A DNA stretch of 64,000 nt from Bacteroidales bacterium UBA1189 (GCA_002309805.1 DBYJ01000015.1:14497-78496), one strand, 5' to 3'. Counted from the stretch's first letter, positions 20,844 to 30,190 are shown. Made by a program: numbers and translations. Notes: generated from the letters alone by a model not told the origin.

Positions 20844-20987
20844 AGGCTGCTGTTTGGAAATACGCAAATTAATTTGGTATTTCACTCACCTTGCACTATC
20901 TTTAATCCCCTTCGGGGGTTTTAGGTAGGCTGCGGCTCGGAAATACTCAAATAAATTTGGTATTTCACTCGCTTTGCAATATCTTTG
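20844..20987 (+). repeat. about 83-bp tandem duplication of a promoter segment
   Basis: GGAAATACGCAAATTAATTTGGTATTTCACTCACCTTGCACTATCTTTA (from 20856) is repeated as GGAAATACTCAAATAAATTTGGTATTTCACTCGCTTTGCAATATCTTTG (from 20939). Only the second copy keeps an intact TAnnTTTG box. A CCCCTTCGGGGTTTT mini-hairpin lies between the copies. Confidence 0.7.
20980..20987 (+). promoter_or_regulatory. -7 promoter box TATCTTTG driving the TPP riboswitch operon
   Basis: TAnnTTTG motif immediately upstream of the THI-box. Confidence 0.5.
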
Positions 20988-20989
20988 CA

Positions 20990-21065
20990 GCCGAATATCG
21001 CATAGGGGTGCCACGAGGCTGAGATTATACCCTTGAACCTGATGCGGATAATACCGACGTAGGAA
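20990..21065 (+). promoter_or_regulatory. TPP (THI-box) riboswitch
   Basis: AGGGGTGCCACGAGGCTGAGATTATACCCTTGAACCTGATGCGGATAATACCGACGTAGGAA matches the conserved THI-element blocks GGGGUGC, CUGAGA, ACCCUUGAACCUGAU, GGAUAAU and AGGAA. It abuts the ATG at 21066. Confidence 0.85.
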
Positions 21066-23297
21066 ATGAAAAAGTTACTTCTATTGGTGTGCCTGCTGCC
21101 GGCGCTGAATATGGCAGCCGAGAGTGAACGTACGGACAGCGTGACAAAAAGCGTAACGCTGGACGAAGTGTTAATCAAGACGAATGCCGTCAGCCGCACG
21201 GTGCCTATGGCTATGCAGACACTTGAGGGACGTGAGCTGCGCGAAAGCGACACAGGGCGCGACCTGCCGTGGCTTCTGATGATGACCCCGTCTGTGGTCA
21301 CATCTTCCGACAACGGTTTGGGGCTGGGACTTACCAGCTTCCGCATCCGCGGCACCGATGCATCCCGCATCAACCTGACGTATGACGGCGTAGCGCTGAA
21401 CAGCCCCGAAGACCAAACTGTCTTCTGGGCCAACATGAATGCCTTCGCCGGAAGCGTTGAGGCCATTCAGGTGCAACGCGGCGTAGGAACCAGCACCAAC
21501 GGAAGCGGAGCCTTCGGCGCCACCGTCACTATGCTTTCGCAGAAACCATCCTTCAAGCCCTCCACACAGATTTATTTACGCGGGGGCAGCTATGGCACCT
21601 GGCAATACACCGCCAAAGGCAGCACCGGACTGATGGCCAGCCACTGGGTGGCCGAAGGGCGCTACTCGCAAACACTCACCGACGGATATATCGACCGCAC
21701 GGCAGGCAATCTGGGCACACATTATGCCGCCATCAACTACTATGGCGACGACCTCTTCATCCAGTTGAAGAACTTCGGCAGCTTCGAGCATACGGGGCAG
21801 GCATGGAACGGCGTTCCCTCCGACTCCATCGCCGCAGGCAACCGCACATACAACAACCTCGGCGAGCACATCGACGACAACGGCCATACTGTATGGAAAC
21901 CCACCACCGACAACTATGTGCAGAACAATACACAACTCAGCTTTGTCTATACACCCTTAAACAGCCTGCAACTGCATGGCGTGCTCCACTACACCTTTGG
22001 CCGAGGCTACTACGACGATTATAAAGCCGACGCCAAATACTATAAATTCCGTCTGGATAGCTACGAGGACAAAGACGGCCATATCGTCAGCAAGGGCGAC
22101 CTCATCCGCCAGAAATGGCTGCGTAACCACAATATGGGCGGAATCTTCGACATCCGCTACACGACGCAGTGCCTCAGCCTCATCAGCGGGCTCTCGTTCA
22201 GCCATTTCATTGGGGCGCACTGGGGCTTGGTTCCCTTTGCCCGCAACTACCCTAAGCCGCTCGAAGGGCATTTCTACGACAGCGATGCCACGAAGAGCGA
22301 CGCAACCGCTTTTGCCAAGGCAGAATACAGTCTCTCGCGCCATCTGCTGGCCTACGCCGATATGCAGTTCCGCTATATCGACTACCGCATTACGGGCATG
22401 AACGACAAGTTCTACGACGACCACTCGCAGCAGCCACTCAACGTTCACGAGCGGTTCCCCTTCTTCAACCCCAAAGCTGGACTGAGCTGGCGCGCCACCA
22501 ATCACACCTTCTATGCCTCGTATGCCCGTGCACACCGCGAGCCAACCCGCAACGATTACACCGATGCCGGCACCAGCGACAAGCCCCTGCCCGAGACACT
22601 CAATGACATCGAGGCCGGCTACCAGTTCCATTGGCAGAGAGGCAAGGCCACGGTCATCCATGCCGGCATCAACGCTTACCTGATGGACTACGACAACCAA
22701 CTCATCCAGACAGGGCAACTCAGCGACATCGGCGAGGCATTAGCCACCAACGTAGCCGACTCTTACCGCCACGGCATCGAACTGACTGCGGGGTTCAAAC
22801 ACGGACTAATGGACCTTAGTGGAAACTGTACCATCAGCGAGAACAAAATCATCAACTTCACCGAATACGTCGACAACTGGGAGGGCGACCCCGTCAAAAT
22901 CAATTACCCCCAGACAGACCTCGCCTTCTCCCCTGCTCTCACAGCCGGAGGCCTTCTGCGGATAGGTAACGAAAAGACGTGGGGAAGCCTCAGCACACGC
23001 TATGTCGGACGACAGTTCCTCGACAACACCAGCTGTGCCGATCGTAGCATCGCCCCCTACTGCGTCAGCGATCTGCAGTTGGGCCACGCCTTCCGCTGGC
23101 AGCACTACTACGACAAGAGCACCGACTTCGAACTGACGCTCAACGTCAATAACCTCTTCAATGCCCATTATGCCACAGGCGGATGGATTTACACGGCCGT
23201 CGGCTACGGCTATACCCCCGAAAACCGTTACCGCGAAGACGGCCTCTTTGTCCAGGCCCCGCTCACCGCATTCTTCTCCTTATCCATAAAGATTTAG
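21066..23297 (+). CDS. TonB-dependent outer-membrane receptor (thiamine-associated by riboswitch context)
   Basis: 743 aa with a signal peptide, a plug domain (FRIRGTDASRINLTYDGVALN) and a beta-barrel. It follows the TPP riboswitch directly. Confidence 0.9.
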   Translation: MKKLLLLVCLLPALNMAAESERTDSVTKSVTLDEVLIKTNAVSRTVPMAMQTLEGRELRESDTGRDLPWLLMMTPSVVTSSDNGLGLGLTSFRIRGTDASRINLTYDGVALNSPEDQTVFWANMNAFAGSVEAIQVQRGVGTSTNGSGAFGATVTMLSQKPSFKPSTQIYLRGGSYGTWQYTAKGSTGLMASHWVAEGRYSQTLTDGYIDRTAGNLGTHYAAINYYGDDLFIQLKNFGSFEHTGQAWNGVPSDSIAAGNRTYNNLGEHIDDNGHTVWKPTTDNYVQNNTQLSFVYTPLNSLQLHGVLHYTFGRGYYDDYKADAKYYKFRLDSYEDKDGHIVSKGDLIRQKWLRNHNMGGIFDIRYTTQCLSLISGLSFSHFIGAHWGLVPFARNYPKPLEGHFYDSDATKSDATAFAKAEYSLSRHLLAYADMQFRYIDYRITGMNDKFYDDHSQQPLNVHERFPFFNPKAGLSWRATNHTFYASYARAHREPTRNDYTDAGTSDKPLPETLNDIEAGYQFHWQRGKATVIHAGINAYLMDYDNQLIQTGQLSDIGEALATNVADSYRHGIELTAGFKHGLMDLSGNCTISENKIINFTEYVDNWEGDPVKINYPQTDLAFSPALTAGGLLRIGNEKTWGSLSTRYVGRQFLDNTSCADRSIAPYCVSDLQLGHAFRWQHYYDKSTDFELTLNVNNLFNAHYATGGWIYTAVGYGYTPENRYREDGLFVQAPLTAFFSLSIKI

Positions 23298-23301
23298 GAA
23301 A

Positions 23302-23946
23302 ATGTTCTGGGACATACTTCAATACATCGGACTGTTTGCCAGTTTTCTCTACCTTTGGCTGGAATTTCACCAGCGTCCGGCCATGTGGATTGTTAGTGCC
23401 ACCTGTTCAGCCATCTATGCAAGCATCTACTGCCATGCACAGATATATGGCGACATGAGTTTCTCACTTTTCAACATCTGCATGTGCGCCTACGGATTTT
23501 GGAAATGGATAACCTCTTCTAAATCGTCTCCTAAAAGGGACGACCTCAATTCCGCCCCCCTTCAGGAGGACAAGGGGAAGGCTAAGGCCATTGTCTATCG
23601 CCATTTCCGTTTAGGGGAGTTCGGCGTGGTGACATTGGTGACGGCAGTCATCTGGCTGGCCATTTACCTTGTGCTAAAGTACCTGACCAACTCACCCGTA
23701 CCGGCCCTGGATGCCTTTACCACTACACTCAACATCGTTGGCACGTGGGTGCTGGCGCAGAAGATCATCGAGGTCTGGGGCTATTGGTTCCTGGTGAATC
23801 TCGTTTCCATCTACCTTTACATGAAGCGAGGCCTCCATTTCACCACCATTCTTCTCTACACCTTCTACCTCTGCGCCTCAGTCTATGGCTGGTGGAAGTG
23901 GCGTCACTACGGGAAATTGCAGTCCCAGTGCAGCAGCAACCCTTAA
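23302..23946 (+). CDS. pnuT: PnuC-family transporter, probable thiamine transporter PnuT
   Basis: 214-aa polytopic membrane protein with PnuC-like W-rich helices (YGFWKW..., GWWKW). It starts 4 nt after the receptor, in the same riboswitch-controlled operon. Confidence 0.75.
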   Translation: MFWDILQYIGLFASFLYLWLEFHQRPAMWIVSATCSAIYASIYCHAQIYGDMSFSLFNICMCAYGFWKWITSSKSSPKRDDLNSAPLQEDKGKAKAIVYRHFRLGEFGVVTLVTAVIWLAIYLVLKYLTNSPVPALDAFTTTLNIVGTWVLAQKIIEVWGYWFLVNLVSIYLYMKRGLHFTTILLYTFYLCASVYGWWKWRHYGKLQSQCSSNP

Positions 23947-23979
23947 CCCTTGTGTTCACGGAACGTCCTTTGCCCTTTA

Positions 23980-26154
23980 TTAATCCCCCTCTGTCCTGAT
24001 CACCACTTCTGCTCCCTTGGCCAAGGCGGAGTGAGGGACAAACCACCCCTTCAACGGCTTACCGCCGACGGTGACGGAGACGATACGCCGCCCGCTGCCC
24101 TCGCGGCGCACGATGAAGGGCGCATCGCCCGTGGCGGGCGTAAACGTCACCTTCGGAAACAGCGGTACCGTGACGATATACTCGGGATCGGCGGGCGAAT
24201 AGGTGTAGAGCCCGATGGCATTGAACACGTACCACGCCGACATCTCGCCCGCGTCGTCCATACCGGCGTAGGCCAGATGGTCGGCGCCCATGTCATAATA
24301 GTGATTCATCAACGAGTCGAGCACGGCCTGCGCCTTGGGCTGGCGATCGATGAAATAATAGGTATAAGGGACACTGTGGTCGGGCTGGTTGCCATGACAG
24401 TAGTTGCCCAAAAAGCCGGTGAAGTTCCACGCCTCGTAGCCGCGCCAAGGCTCGGAAAAGAGCGAGTCGAGTTTCTGCTCCACCGCCTTGTGCGAGGGAT
24501 ATAGGGCTATCATCCCCATGGGGTCATGGGGAGCGAAGAAGAGGCTCTGCCAGCCGTTAGCTTCGCGATACATGTAGGCATAATAAGGGTAGTAGGGATC
24601 GAAGTCTCTTATCCAGCTTCCGTCAGCAATCTTGCCGCGCCAGAAGCCCGTGGAAGGGTCGAAGAGGTTCTTGTAGTTAGCCGAGCGCTGCATGAGGAGC
24701 CGGGCATTGGCCTTGTCGCGCAGTTCGCGGGCAATGAGGGCGGTGGCATAGTCGTCGTAAGCATACTCGACGGTCTTGGTAACGGCTGCCTTGTACTCGT
24801 CCTCCGTAGGCACGTCGGTGGTGTCCTTCTCGGCTATCCAGCCCTGGGCAATGTACTCGTCGAGATAGGGACGCCCGCCCCGCCCGGGCACGGTGGCGTT
24901 CTTCAGCAGAAGTTGATAGGCCCGCTGGAGGTCGAAGCCCCGCACGCCACGCAGCCAGGCACCAGCCACGAACGTGGAGGCATGGTCGCCGTGGAAGAAG
25001 GTGGGCATGTAGCCGCCGCGCTTCTCGCCCTTGTCGGTGATACTGCTGATGATGTCTGCAGCCACATCGGGCTGCAGCAGGGCAAGGAGGATGAGCTTGT
25101 TGCGATAGGTGTCCCAGAACGAGGGGTCGGTATAGAAACGGAAAGGGGCATTGTGGACTACCTGTCCCCTTGCATCGGTGTAGTCGCCGTTCACATCGCT
25201 GCGCAGGCAGGGCCAGAGCATGGAGCGGTAGAGGCAGGAGTAGAACAGCCCCTGCTGGCGCGCCGTTCCGCCCTCCACACGGATGCGCTGGAGCAGCGTC
25301 TCCCACGCGGTATCGGCCTCGCGACGGACTTCATCGAAACCCTTGTGGAGCATCTCCGCCTCAAGATTCTCCTTAGCATTCTCGATGCTCACAAAGGAGA
25401 ATCCGAACCTAACCTCCAGGGGGCGTGCGGAAACAGCATCATCGAAGTCCACCAGCGCCACGCGATGCTTGTGGCTTTGCATCATGCTGACGTCCTTCAC
25501 CTTGTGGTTCGCCACAGCATAATAATAGATGCGGCCTTCGCCGTCCTGAAAGCCCTCGAAGGCATATTCGCCAACCTTGTGGATATCCCAGCGGCGGGGG
25601 CGGTTGTTGCTGTTCGTAATATCCACCAAAAGGCGTTTCTCATCTTCGGGACGAAAGGTGTAGCGATGGAAGGCACAGCGAAGGGTGGTAGTCAGCTCAG
25701 CATCCACATGGTAACGATCGAGATATACTCGGTAATAGCCGGGATGTGCCTCCTCGTTTTCATGACTGAACCACGAGCAGAAGTTGTGTGCCTCGAACCG
25801 CCCCGTCACAGGCAGCACAGGCAGATGAAGCAGGTTCCAATGCCCTTTGGCGGTATGGGCAAAGCCATAGATCTGATGGTCCTCATACTGATATCCCGCA
25901 CCGCTGCGATACATAGTAACGGGGGTCGCCTGCACCATGGCATTGGGCAGCGCCGCCCCGGGGAACACCTCGGCACCCCAGGCACGTTTCTCCTCAGTGT
26001 GCGTATAACCCAAATCCTCCGGCGTCCACAGCGTAGCCGTGCCCAACAGGGGATTCACTTTTTCTGTCAATCTCTCCCCTGCCGCAGCCAGCCTTGGGAA
26101 AGCGCAGGAACTTCCGACAATCGTCAGAACCAAAAACAAAAGCTTCGTTTTCAT
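23980..26154 (-). CDS. glycoside hydrolase family 92 (alpha-mannosidase-like), secreted
   Basis: Signal peptide, then GH92-type blocks (VNPLLGT..., GNQPDHSVPYTYYF, GMDDAGEMSAWYVFNAIGLY). Confidence 0.85.
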   Translation of the reverse strand: MKTKLLFLVLTIVGSSCAFPRLAAAGERLTEKVNPLLGTATLWTPEDLGYTHTEEKRAWGAEVFPGAALPNAMVQATPVTMYRSGAGYQYEDHQIYGFAHTAKGHWNLLHLPVLPVTGRFEAHNFCSWFSHENEEAHPGYYRVYLDRYHVDAELTTTLRCAFHRYTFRPEDEKRLLVDITNSNNRPRRWDIHKVGEYAFEGFQDGEGRIYYYAVANHKVKDVSMMQSHKHRVALVDFDDAVSARPLEVRFGFSFVSIENAKENLEAEMLHKGFDEVRREADTAWETLLQRIRVEGGTARQQGLFYSCLYRSMLWPCLRSDVNGDYTDARGQVVHNAPFRFYTDPSFWDTYRNKLILLALLQPDVAADIISSITDKGEKRGGYMPTFFHGDHASTFVAGAWLRGVRGFDLQRAYQLLLKNATVPGRGGRPYLDEYIAQGWIAEKDTTDVPTEDEYKAAVTKTVEYAYDDYATALIARELRDKANARLLMQRSANYKNLFDPSTGFWRGKIADGSWIRDFDPYYPYYAYMYREANGWQSLFFAPHDPMGMIALYPSHKAVEQKLDSLFSEPWRGYEAWNFTGFLGNYCHGNQPDHSVPYTYYFIDRQPKAQAVLDSLMNHYYDMGADHLAYAGMDDAGEMSAWYVFNAIGLYTYSPADPEYIVTVPLFPKVTFTPATGDAPFIVRREGSGRRIVSVTVGGKPLKGWFVPHSALAKGAEVVIRTEGD

Positions 26155-26252
26155 AACTATTATATTTCTCGTTTAATGTTTAAGGTTTAACGTTTAACGA
26201 ACACGTCCTTTGGGCTCTCATTAAACGTTCTCAGTAAAACCATCTTCCATTT

Positions 26253-27050
26253 TCAATCTTCAATTTCCAATTCCTCCCCATCGTACGCCAGCCTTATTCC
26301 CCCGGGCAATTTGGCATTGGTTTCGTCATGCAACCCGATGCCATGACTGAAGTGGACGAAGCGCGTCTGACGTGCCCCAATCTGCTGAGCAAACTGAATG
26401 GCCTCCTCCACGTTCTGGTGAGCGGCATGGGGTTCGAAGCGCAAGGCATTTACGACAAGCGTATCGACAATGCCCCACCCCCGCGTCATGGGTGTTTCGC
26501 CTCGCAGAGTAGCCACCGTCTCATCAGGGCACGAGCTCATATCGGTAATATAGCCCAAAGCCCCTATGCGATAGCCAAGTATGGGCAGCGCCCCATGCAT
26601 CACGCGCAGAGGCAGCACCGGCGTCTGCCCAACACGGAACATTGCGCCCGGCTCCGTCTCATGCAAGTGCAGCCGCGCCACGCCCGGATAGAGCTTTTCG
26701 CGAAAGAAATAGGGCAGCCGCTGACGCAGATGGTCAGCTGTATAGGCATCGAGCCAGATATCCACATCGCCAAAACGGCAAAAGGGACGCAGGTCGTCAA
26801 TGCCGCCTGTATGGTCGTAATGCTCATGCGTAATCAGCACGCCGTCGATGCGACGGTAATCAACTTGCAACATCTGCTGATAGAAGTCAGGGCCGCAGTC
26901 AATGAGGATGCGCTCACCGTTGTCGGTATCCACCAGTGCGCTCTGGCGCATCCGTTTGTCATGAGGGTCTCTTGACGTGCAAACCTCACAACGGCAACCT
27001 ATTTCAGGCACACCGATAGATGTCCCTGTTCCCAGAAAACGTATTCTCAT
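26253..27050 (-). CDS. MBL-fold metallo-hydrolase (PhnP-like)
   Basis: MRIRFLGTGTS, a Cys cluster CRCEVC and the HxHxDH motif THEHYDHTGG. Confidence 0.8.
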   Translation of the reverse strand: MRIRFLGTGTSIGVPEIGCRCEVCTSRDPHDKRMRQSALVDTDNGERILIDCGPDFYQQMLQVDYRRIDGVLITHEHYDHTGGIDDLRPFCRFGDVDIWLDAYTADHLRQRLPYFFREKLYPGVARLHLHETEPGAMFRVGQTPVLPLRVMHGALPILGYRIGALGYITDMSSCPDETVATLRGETPMTRGWGIVDTLVVNALRFEPHAAHQNVEEAIQFAQQIGARQTRFVHFSHGIGLHDETNAKLPGGIRLAYDGEELEIED

Positions 27051-27061
27051 CTCTCTCTTCC

Positions 27062-27099
27062 TTAACCCTTAAACTATAACCTCTAACCCTTAACCCTAT
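27062..27099. repeat. TAACCCTT stutter words, 21-bp offset
   Basis: TAACCCTT occurs at 27063 and 27084 within CTTAACCCTTAAACTATAACCTCTAACCCTTAACCCTATA, between the MBL gene start and the murB stop. Confidence 0.5.
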
Positions 27100-28097
27100 A
27101 TCACATTCACCTCTGGACTGATTTCAACGCCGAACTTCTTCTTGACATCCTCTACGATATGTCGGGCAAGGCTGACAACCTCGTCGCCTGTGGCGCCACC
27201 CAAATTGACAAGCACCAACGCCTGCTGTTCATGCACAGCTGCACGCCCCAGCGAACGCCCTTTCCATCCGCATTGCTCAATTAGCCATCCGGCAGGCACT
27301 TTCACCCTCCCATCATCGACTAAATAGCAAGGGATGGAGGGCCAAACGTCACGCAGATGTTCATATTGCCAGCGAGGTATAACAGGATTCTTGAAGAAAC
27401 TTCCTGCATTGCCCAGCACCGTTGGATCGGGTAGTTTCGATGCACGAAGTGAGCACACCGCCTCGCGAACATCATCCACCGAGGTTCCCTCCACACGCTC
27501 TCGCAGATTACCATAAGAGAGATTCAACTCCCCCTGCTTGCGTAGCCGATACGTCACAGCCGTAATGATGTATTTTCCTTTCAGTTCATGTTTGAAAATA
27601 CTGTCGCGATAGCCATATTGGCACTCCTCGTTCGAAAACAAACGCTCTTCCCCATCAAGATCAAGCGCCTCTACATGCTCTATCAGCTGGCACACTTCAG
27701 CACCGTATGCTCCGATATTCTGCACAGCACTTGCTCCCACCTCACCAGGTATGCCCGAAAGGTTTTCGGCTCCATGCAGACTACGTTCAACACTCCACGC
27801 CACGAAATCGTCCCAGCAGACGCCCGAACCGACACGCACCAATACGTCATCGTCCGTTTCTTCCACAACATCAAGGTCGCGGATGGCACTATGCAACACC
27901 AACCCATCAAAATCCTTCCGGAAAAGCAGATTACTGCCTGCACCTATCACAAGAAAACATTCCCTATAAGGTTCGAATTCGGCCGAACAGAGAAAGGCTC
28001 TCAATGTCTCTACCGATGTATATTCAAAGTATGCAGCAGCCTTCACATCCATGCCAAATGTGTTGTGGCCAAGTAACGAATAGTCCCGAATCAGCAT
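27096..28097 (-). CDS. murB: UDP-N-acetylmuramate dehydrogenase
   Basis: NTFGMDVKAA..., GAGSNLLF and GNAGSFFKNP are MurB FAD-binding and catalytic motifs. Confidence 0.93.
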   Translation of the reverse strand: MLIRDYSLLGHNTFGMDVKAAAYFEYTSVETLRAFLCSAEFEPYRECFLVIGAGSNLLFRKDFDGLVLHSAIRDLDVVEETDDDVLVRVGSGVCWDDFVAWSVERSLHGAENLSGIPGEVGASAVQNIGAYGAEVCQLIEHVEALDLDGEERLFSNEECQYGYRDSIFKHELKGKYIITAVTYRLRKQGELNLSYGNLRERVEGTSVDDVREAVCSLRASKLPDPTVLGNAGSFFKNPVIPRWQYEHLRDVWPSIPCYLVDDGRVKVPAGWLIEQCGWKGRSLGRAAVHEQQALVLVNLGGATGDEVVSLARHIVEDVKKKFGVEISPEVNVI

Positions 28098-28116
28098 CTT
28101 CTGTTATTTTTTCGCA

Positions 28117-28124
28117 CAAAGATA
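28117..28124 (-). promoter_or_regulatory. -7 promoter box TATCTTTG (minus strand)
   Basis: Lies 19 nt upstream of the murB start. Confidence 0.45.
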
Positions 28125-28147
28125 GTATTTTTTTCCGTAAGTGTTAT

Positions 28148-28155
28148 TAACTTTG
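28148..28155 (+). promoter_or_regulatory. -7 promoter box TAACTTTG
   Basis: Lies 30 nt upstream of the pheS ATG. Confidence 0.45.
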
Positions 28156-28185
28156 CAGCAATTTTTGAAAAAACATCGTTAAGAT

Positions 28186-29205
28186 ATGATTGACAAGATA
28201 AACGAACTGCTGGCTGAAGTGAATGAAATGAAAGCCAGAAATGCCGAGGAATTAGAGGCGTTGCGCATCAAGTACCTGAGCAAAAAAGGTAAAATTCCTG
28301 AGTTGATGAACGACTTCCGTCTCGTCCCCCCTGAAATGAAGAAGGAAATTGGTATCCGTATCAACGAACTCAAAGACCTTGCTCAGAAGCGTATGGCCGA
28401 ACTGCGTGAGCAGTTTGCCGTTGCTGATGCCGACCATAGTGACCTTGACCTTACCCGCACGGCCTATCCTGTGCAATTGGGCACACGTCATCCGCTCACC
28501 ATCGTCAAAAACGAGATTATCGACATCTTCAGCCGTTTGGGCTTCACTTTGGCTGACGGCCCTGAGGTGGAGGACGACTGGCACGTCTTCAGCTCCATGA
28601 ACTTTGCCGAGGACCATCCTGCACGTGACATGCAGGACACGTTCTTTGTCGAGAGCCATCCCGATATCATCCTCCGCACTCACACCAGTTCTGTTCAGAG
28701 CCGCGTCATGGAGGTGCAGCAACCGCCCATCCGCGTCATCTGCCCTGGACGCGTCTATCGCAACGAGGCCATCAGCTATCGCGCCCATTGTTTCTTCCAT
28801 CAGGTGGAAGGACTCTATATCGACAAAAACGTCAGCTTCACCGACCTCAAGCAGGTACTCCTTCTCTTTGCACAGGAAATGTTCGGTAATGACACGAAAA
28901 TCCGTCTCCGTCCTAGCTACTTCCCCTTCACAGAGCCGAGTGCCGAAATGGACATTTCGTGCAACATCTGCGGAGGTAAGGGCTGTGCCTTCTGTAAGGG
29001 TACGGGCTGGGTGGAAATTCTCGGCTGCGGTATGGTCGACCCCAACGTGCTTGAATTGAATGGCATCGACAGTAGCATCTATAGCGGCTACGCTTTCGGC
29101 ATGGGCATCGAGCGTATCACCAACCTTAAGTATCAGGTCAAGGACCTTCGTATGTTCTCCGAAAACGACACCCGCTTCCTCCGTGAGTTCGAATCGGCCA
29201 ATTAA
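28186..29205 (+). CDS. pheS: phenylalanine--tRNA ligase alpha subunit
   Basis: 339 aa with class II aaRS motifs (HPARDMQDTFF, FRNEAISYRAHCFFHQVEG, GFAFGMGIERI). Confidence 0.97.
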   Translation: MIDKINELLAEVNEMKARNAEELEALRIKYLSKKGKIPELMNDFRLVPPEMKKEIGIRINELKDLAQKRMAELREQFAVADADHSDLDLTRTAYPVQLGTRHPLTIVKNEIIDIFSRLGFTLADGPEVEDDWHVFSSMNFAEDHPARDMQDTFFVESHPDIILRTHTSSVQSRVMEVQQPPIRVICPGRVYRNEAISYRAHCFFHQVEGLYIDKNVSFTDLKQVLLLFAQEMFGNDTKIRLRPSYFPFTEPSAEMDISCNICGGKGCAFCKGTGWVEILGCGMVDPNVLELNGIDSSIYSGYAFGMGIERITNLKYQVKDLRMFSENDTRFLREFESAN

Positions 29206-29857
29206 AAGTCAACGAGTACTTGCTGAACATTATCAGCAGGTTCTCGCCTGGTTTCGCGAAGCTATGCCCATAGCCGAGACGGAGTTAAACTACAAAGATC
29301 CTTTCTCGCTGTTGGTTGCTGTCATGCTCTCTGCACAATGCACGGACAAACGTGTCAACCTCGTCACTCCGGCTCTGCTCGAAGCCTTCCCCACCCCTGA
29401 GGCGATGGCTTCAGCCACACCTGAAGACGTTTTCCCTTATATAAAAAGCGTTTCATACCCCAATAGCAAAGCCGATCATCTTGTCGGCATGGCTCGCATG
29501 TTGGTGGAACGTTTCGGCGGCGAAGTACCTGAGACGCTGGAGGAACTCATCCAACTTCCTGGCGTAGGGCGTAAGACGGCCAACGTCATGCAGGCCGTCG
29601 TTTGGCATAAACCCGCAATGGCTGTTGATACTCACGTCTTTCGCGTCAGCCATCGACTTGGGCTTGTTCCCGATAGCGCCACAACTCCTTATGCTGTTGA
29701 GCAGGAGCTGACCCGCCACATCCCCGAGGCCGACATCCCTACGGCCCATCATTGGCTTATCCTTCATGGCCGATACGTTTGTACGGCTCGTAATCCCCAA
29801 TGTACTACTTGCGGCTTACGTTCCCTCTGCCCGTCGGCAAAAGAGGTAAGGCCGTAG
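29183..29857 (+). CDS. nth: endonuclease III
   Basis: LLVAVMLSAQCTDKRVN, the HhH-GPD element LPGVGRKTANV and the 4Fe-4S cluster C..C..C..C at the C-terminus. The start is uncertain: an in-frame GTG at 29183 overlaps pheS by 23 nt, and the first ATG is at 29264. Confidence 0.85.
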   Translation: MSSNRPIKSQRVLAEHYQQVLAWFREAMPIAETELNYKDPFSLLVAVMLSAQCTDKRVNLVTPALLEAFPTPEAMASATPEDVFPYIKSVSYPNSKADHLVGMARMLVERFGGEVPETLEELIQLPGVGRKTANVMQAVVWHKPAMAVDTHVFRVSHRLGLVPDSATTPYAVEQELTRHIPEADIPTAHHWLILHGRYVCTARNPQCTTCGLRSLCPSAKEVRP

Positions 29858-29889
29858 GGCAATCCTTTTTTACAAAAACATCAAAAGCT

Positions 29890-29931
29890 AATTTGACAGA
29901 GTTTGATTTAAATTTGCCAGAGTTTGATTCT
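29890..29931. repeat. two 21-bp units AATTTGMCAGAGTTTGATTY (same word family as 2760-2831)
   Basis: GTTTGATT occurs at 29901 and 29922. The locus lies between nth and the tRNA-Thr terminator, which is a convergent context. Confidence 0.6.
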
Positions 29932-29983
29932 GAGCGCTCAGCGCACTACGCTACGGAAGCAGAATTTGATGCAAAAAAAGGAT

Positions 29984-30035
29984 TCAAAAAAGAACAAAAA
30001 CAAGAGAGAAACATGCCATGCATATTCCTCTCTTT
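29984..30035 (-). terminator. probable terminator of tRNA-Thr
   Basis: On the minus strand, AAGAGAG / CTCTCTT forms a stem (30002-30034) followed by GTTTTTGTTCTTTTT. Confidence 0.5.
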
Positions 30036-30057
30036 ACCCTCTCTCTTTCCCTCGCAG

Positions 30058-30130
<73 letters not shown>

Positions 30131-30151
30131 GTCGCTTTCAAAAATCGGCTG

Positions 30152-30159
30152 CAAAATTA
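30152..30159 (-). promoter_or_regulatory. -7 promoter box TAATTTTG for tRNA-Thr
   Basis: Lies 21 nt upstream of the mature tRNA 5' end. Confidence 0.5.
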
Positions 30160-30190
30160 GTGCTTTTTTTTCTTCTGCACAAACGAAAGA

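Noticed and set aside
21957-22718. 253-aa minus-strand ORF inside the TonB-dependent receptor gene
   Set aside because: It is antisense to a gene with plug and barrel motifs and riboswitch context.
24526-26190. 554-aa plus-strand ORF
   Set aside because: It is antisense to the GH92 gene, which carries clear family motifs. The composition is typical of shadow ORFs.
27062-27099. Telomere-like CCCTAA/TTAACCC words
   Set aside because: The resemblance to telomeric repeats is superficial. The unit is irregular, only about 40 bp long and internal to a bacterial chromosome. I kept it only as a stutter-repeat observation.
29060-29182. Upstream part of ORF 29060..29857
   Set aside because: It lies inside the pheS coding sequence in another frame and has no Nth homology. 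Nth similarity begins near 29204.
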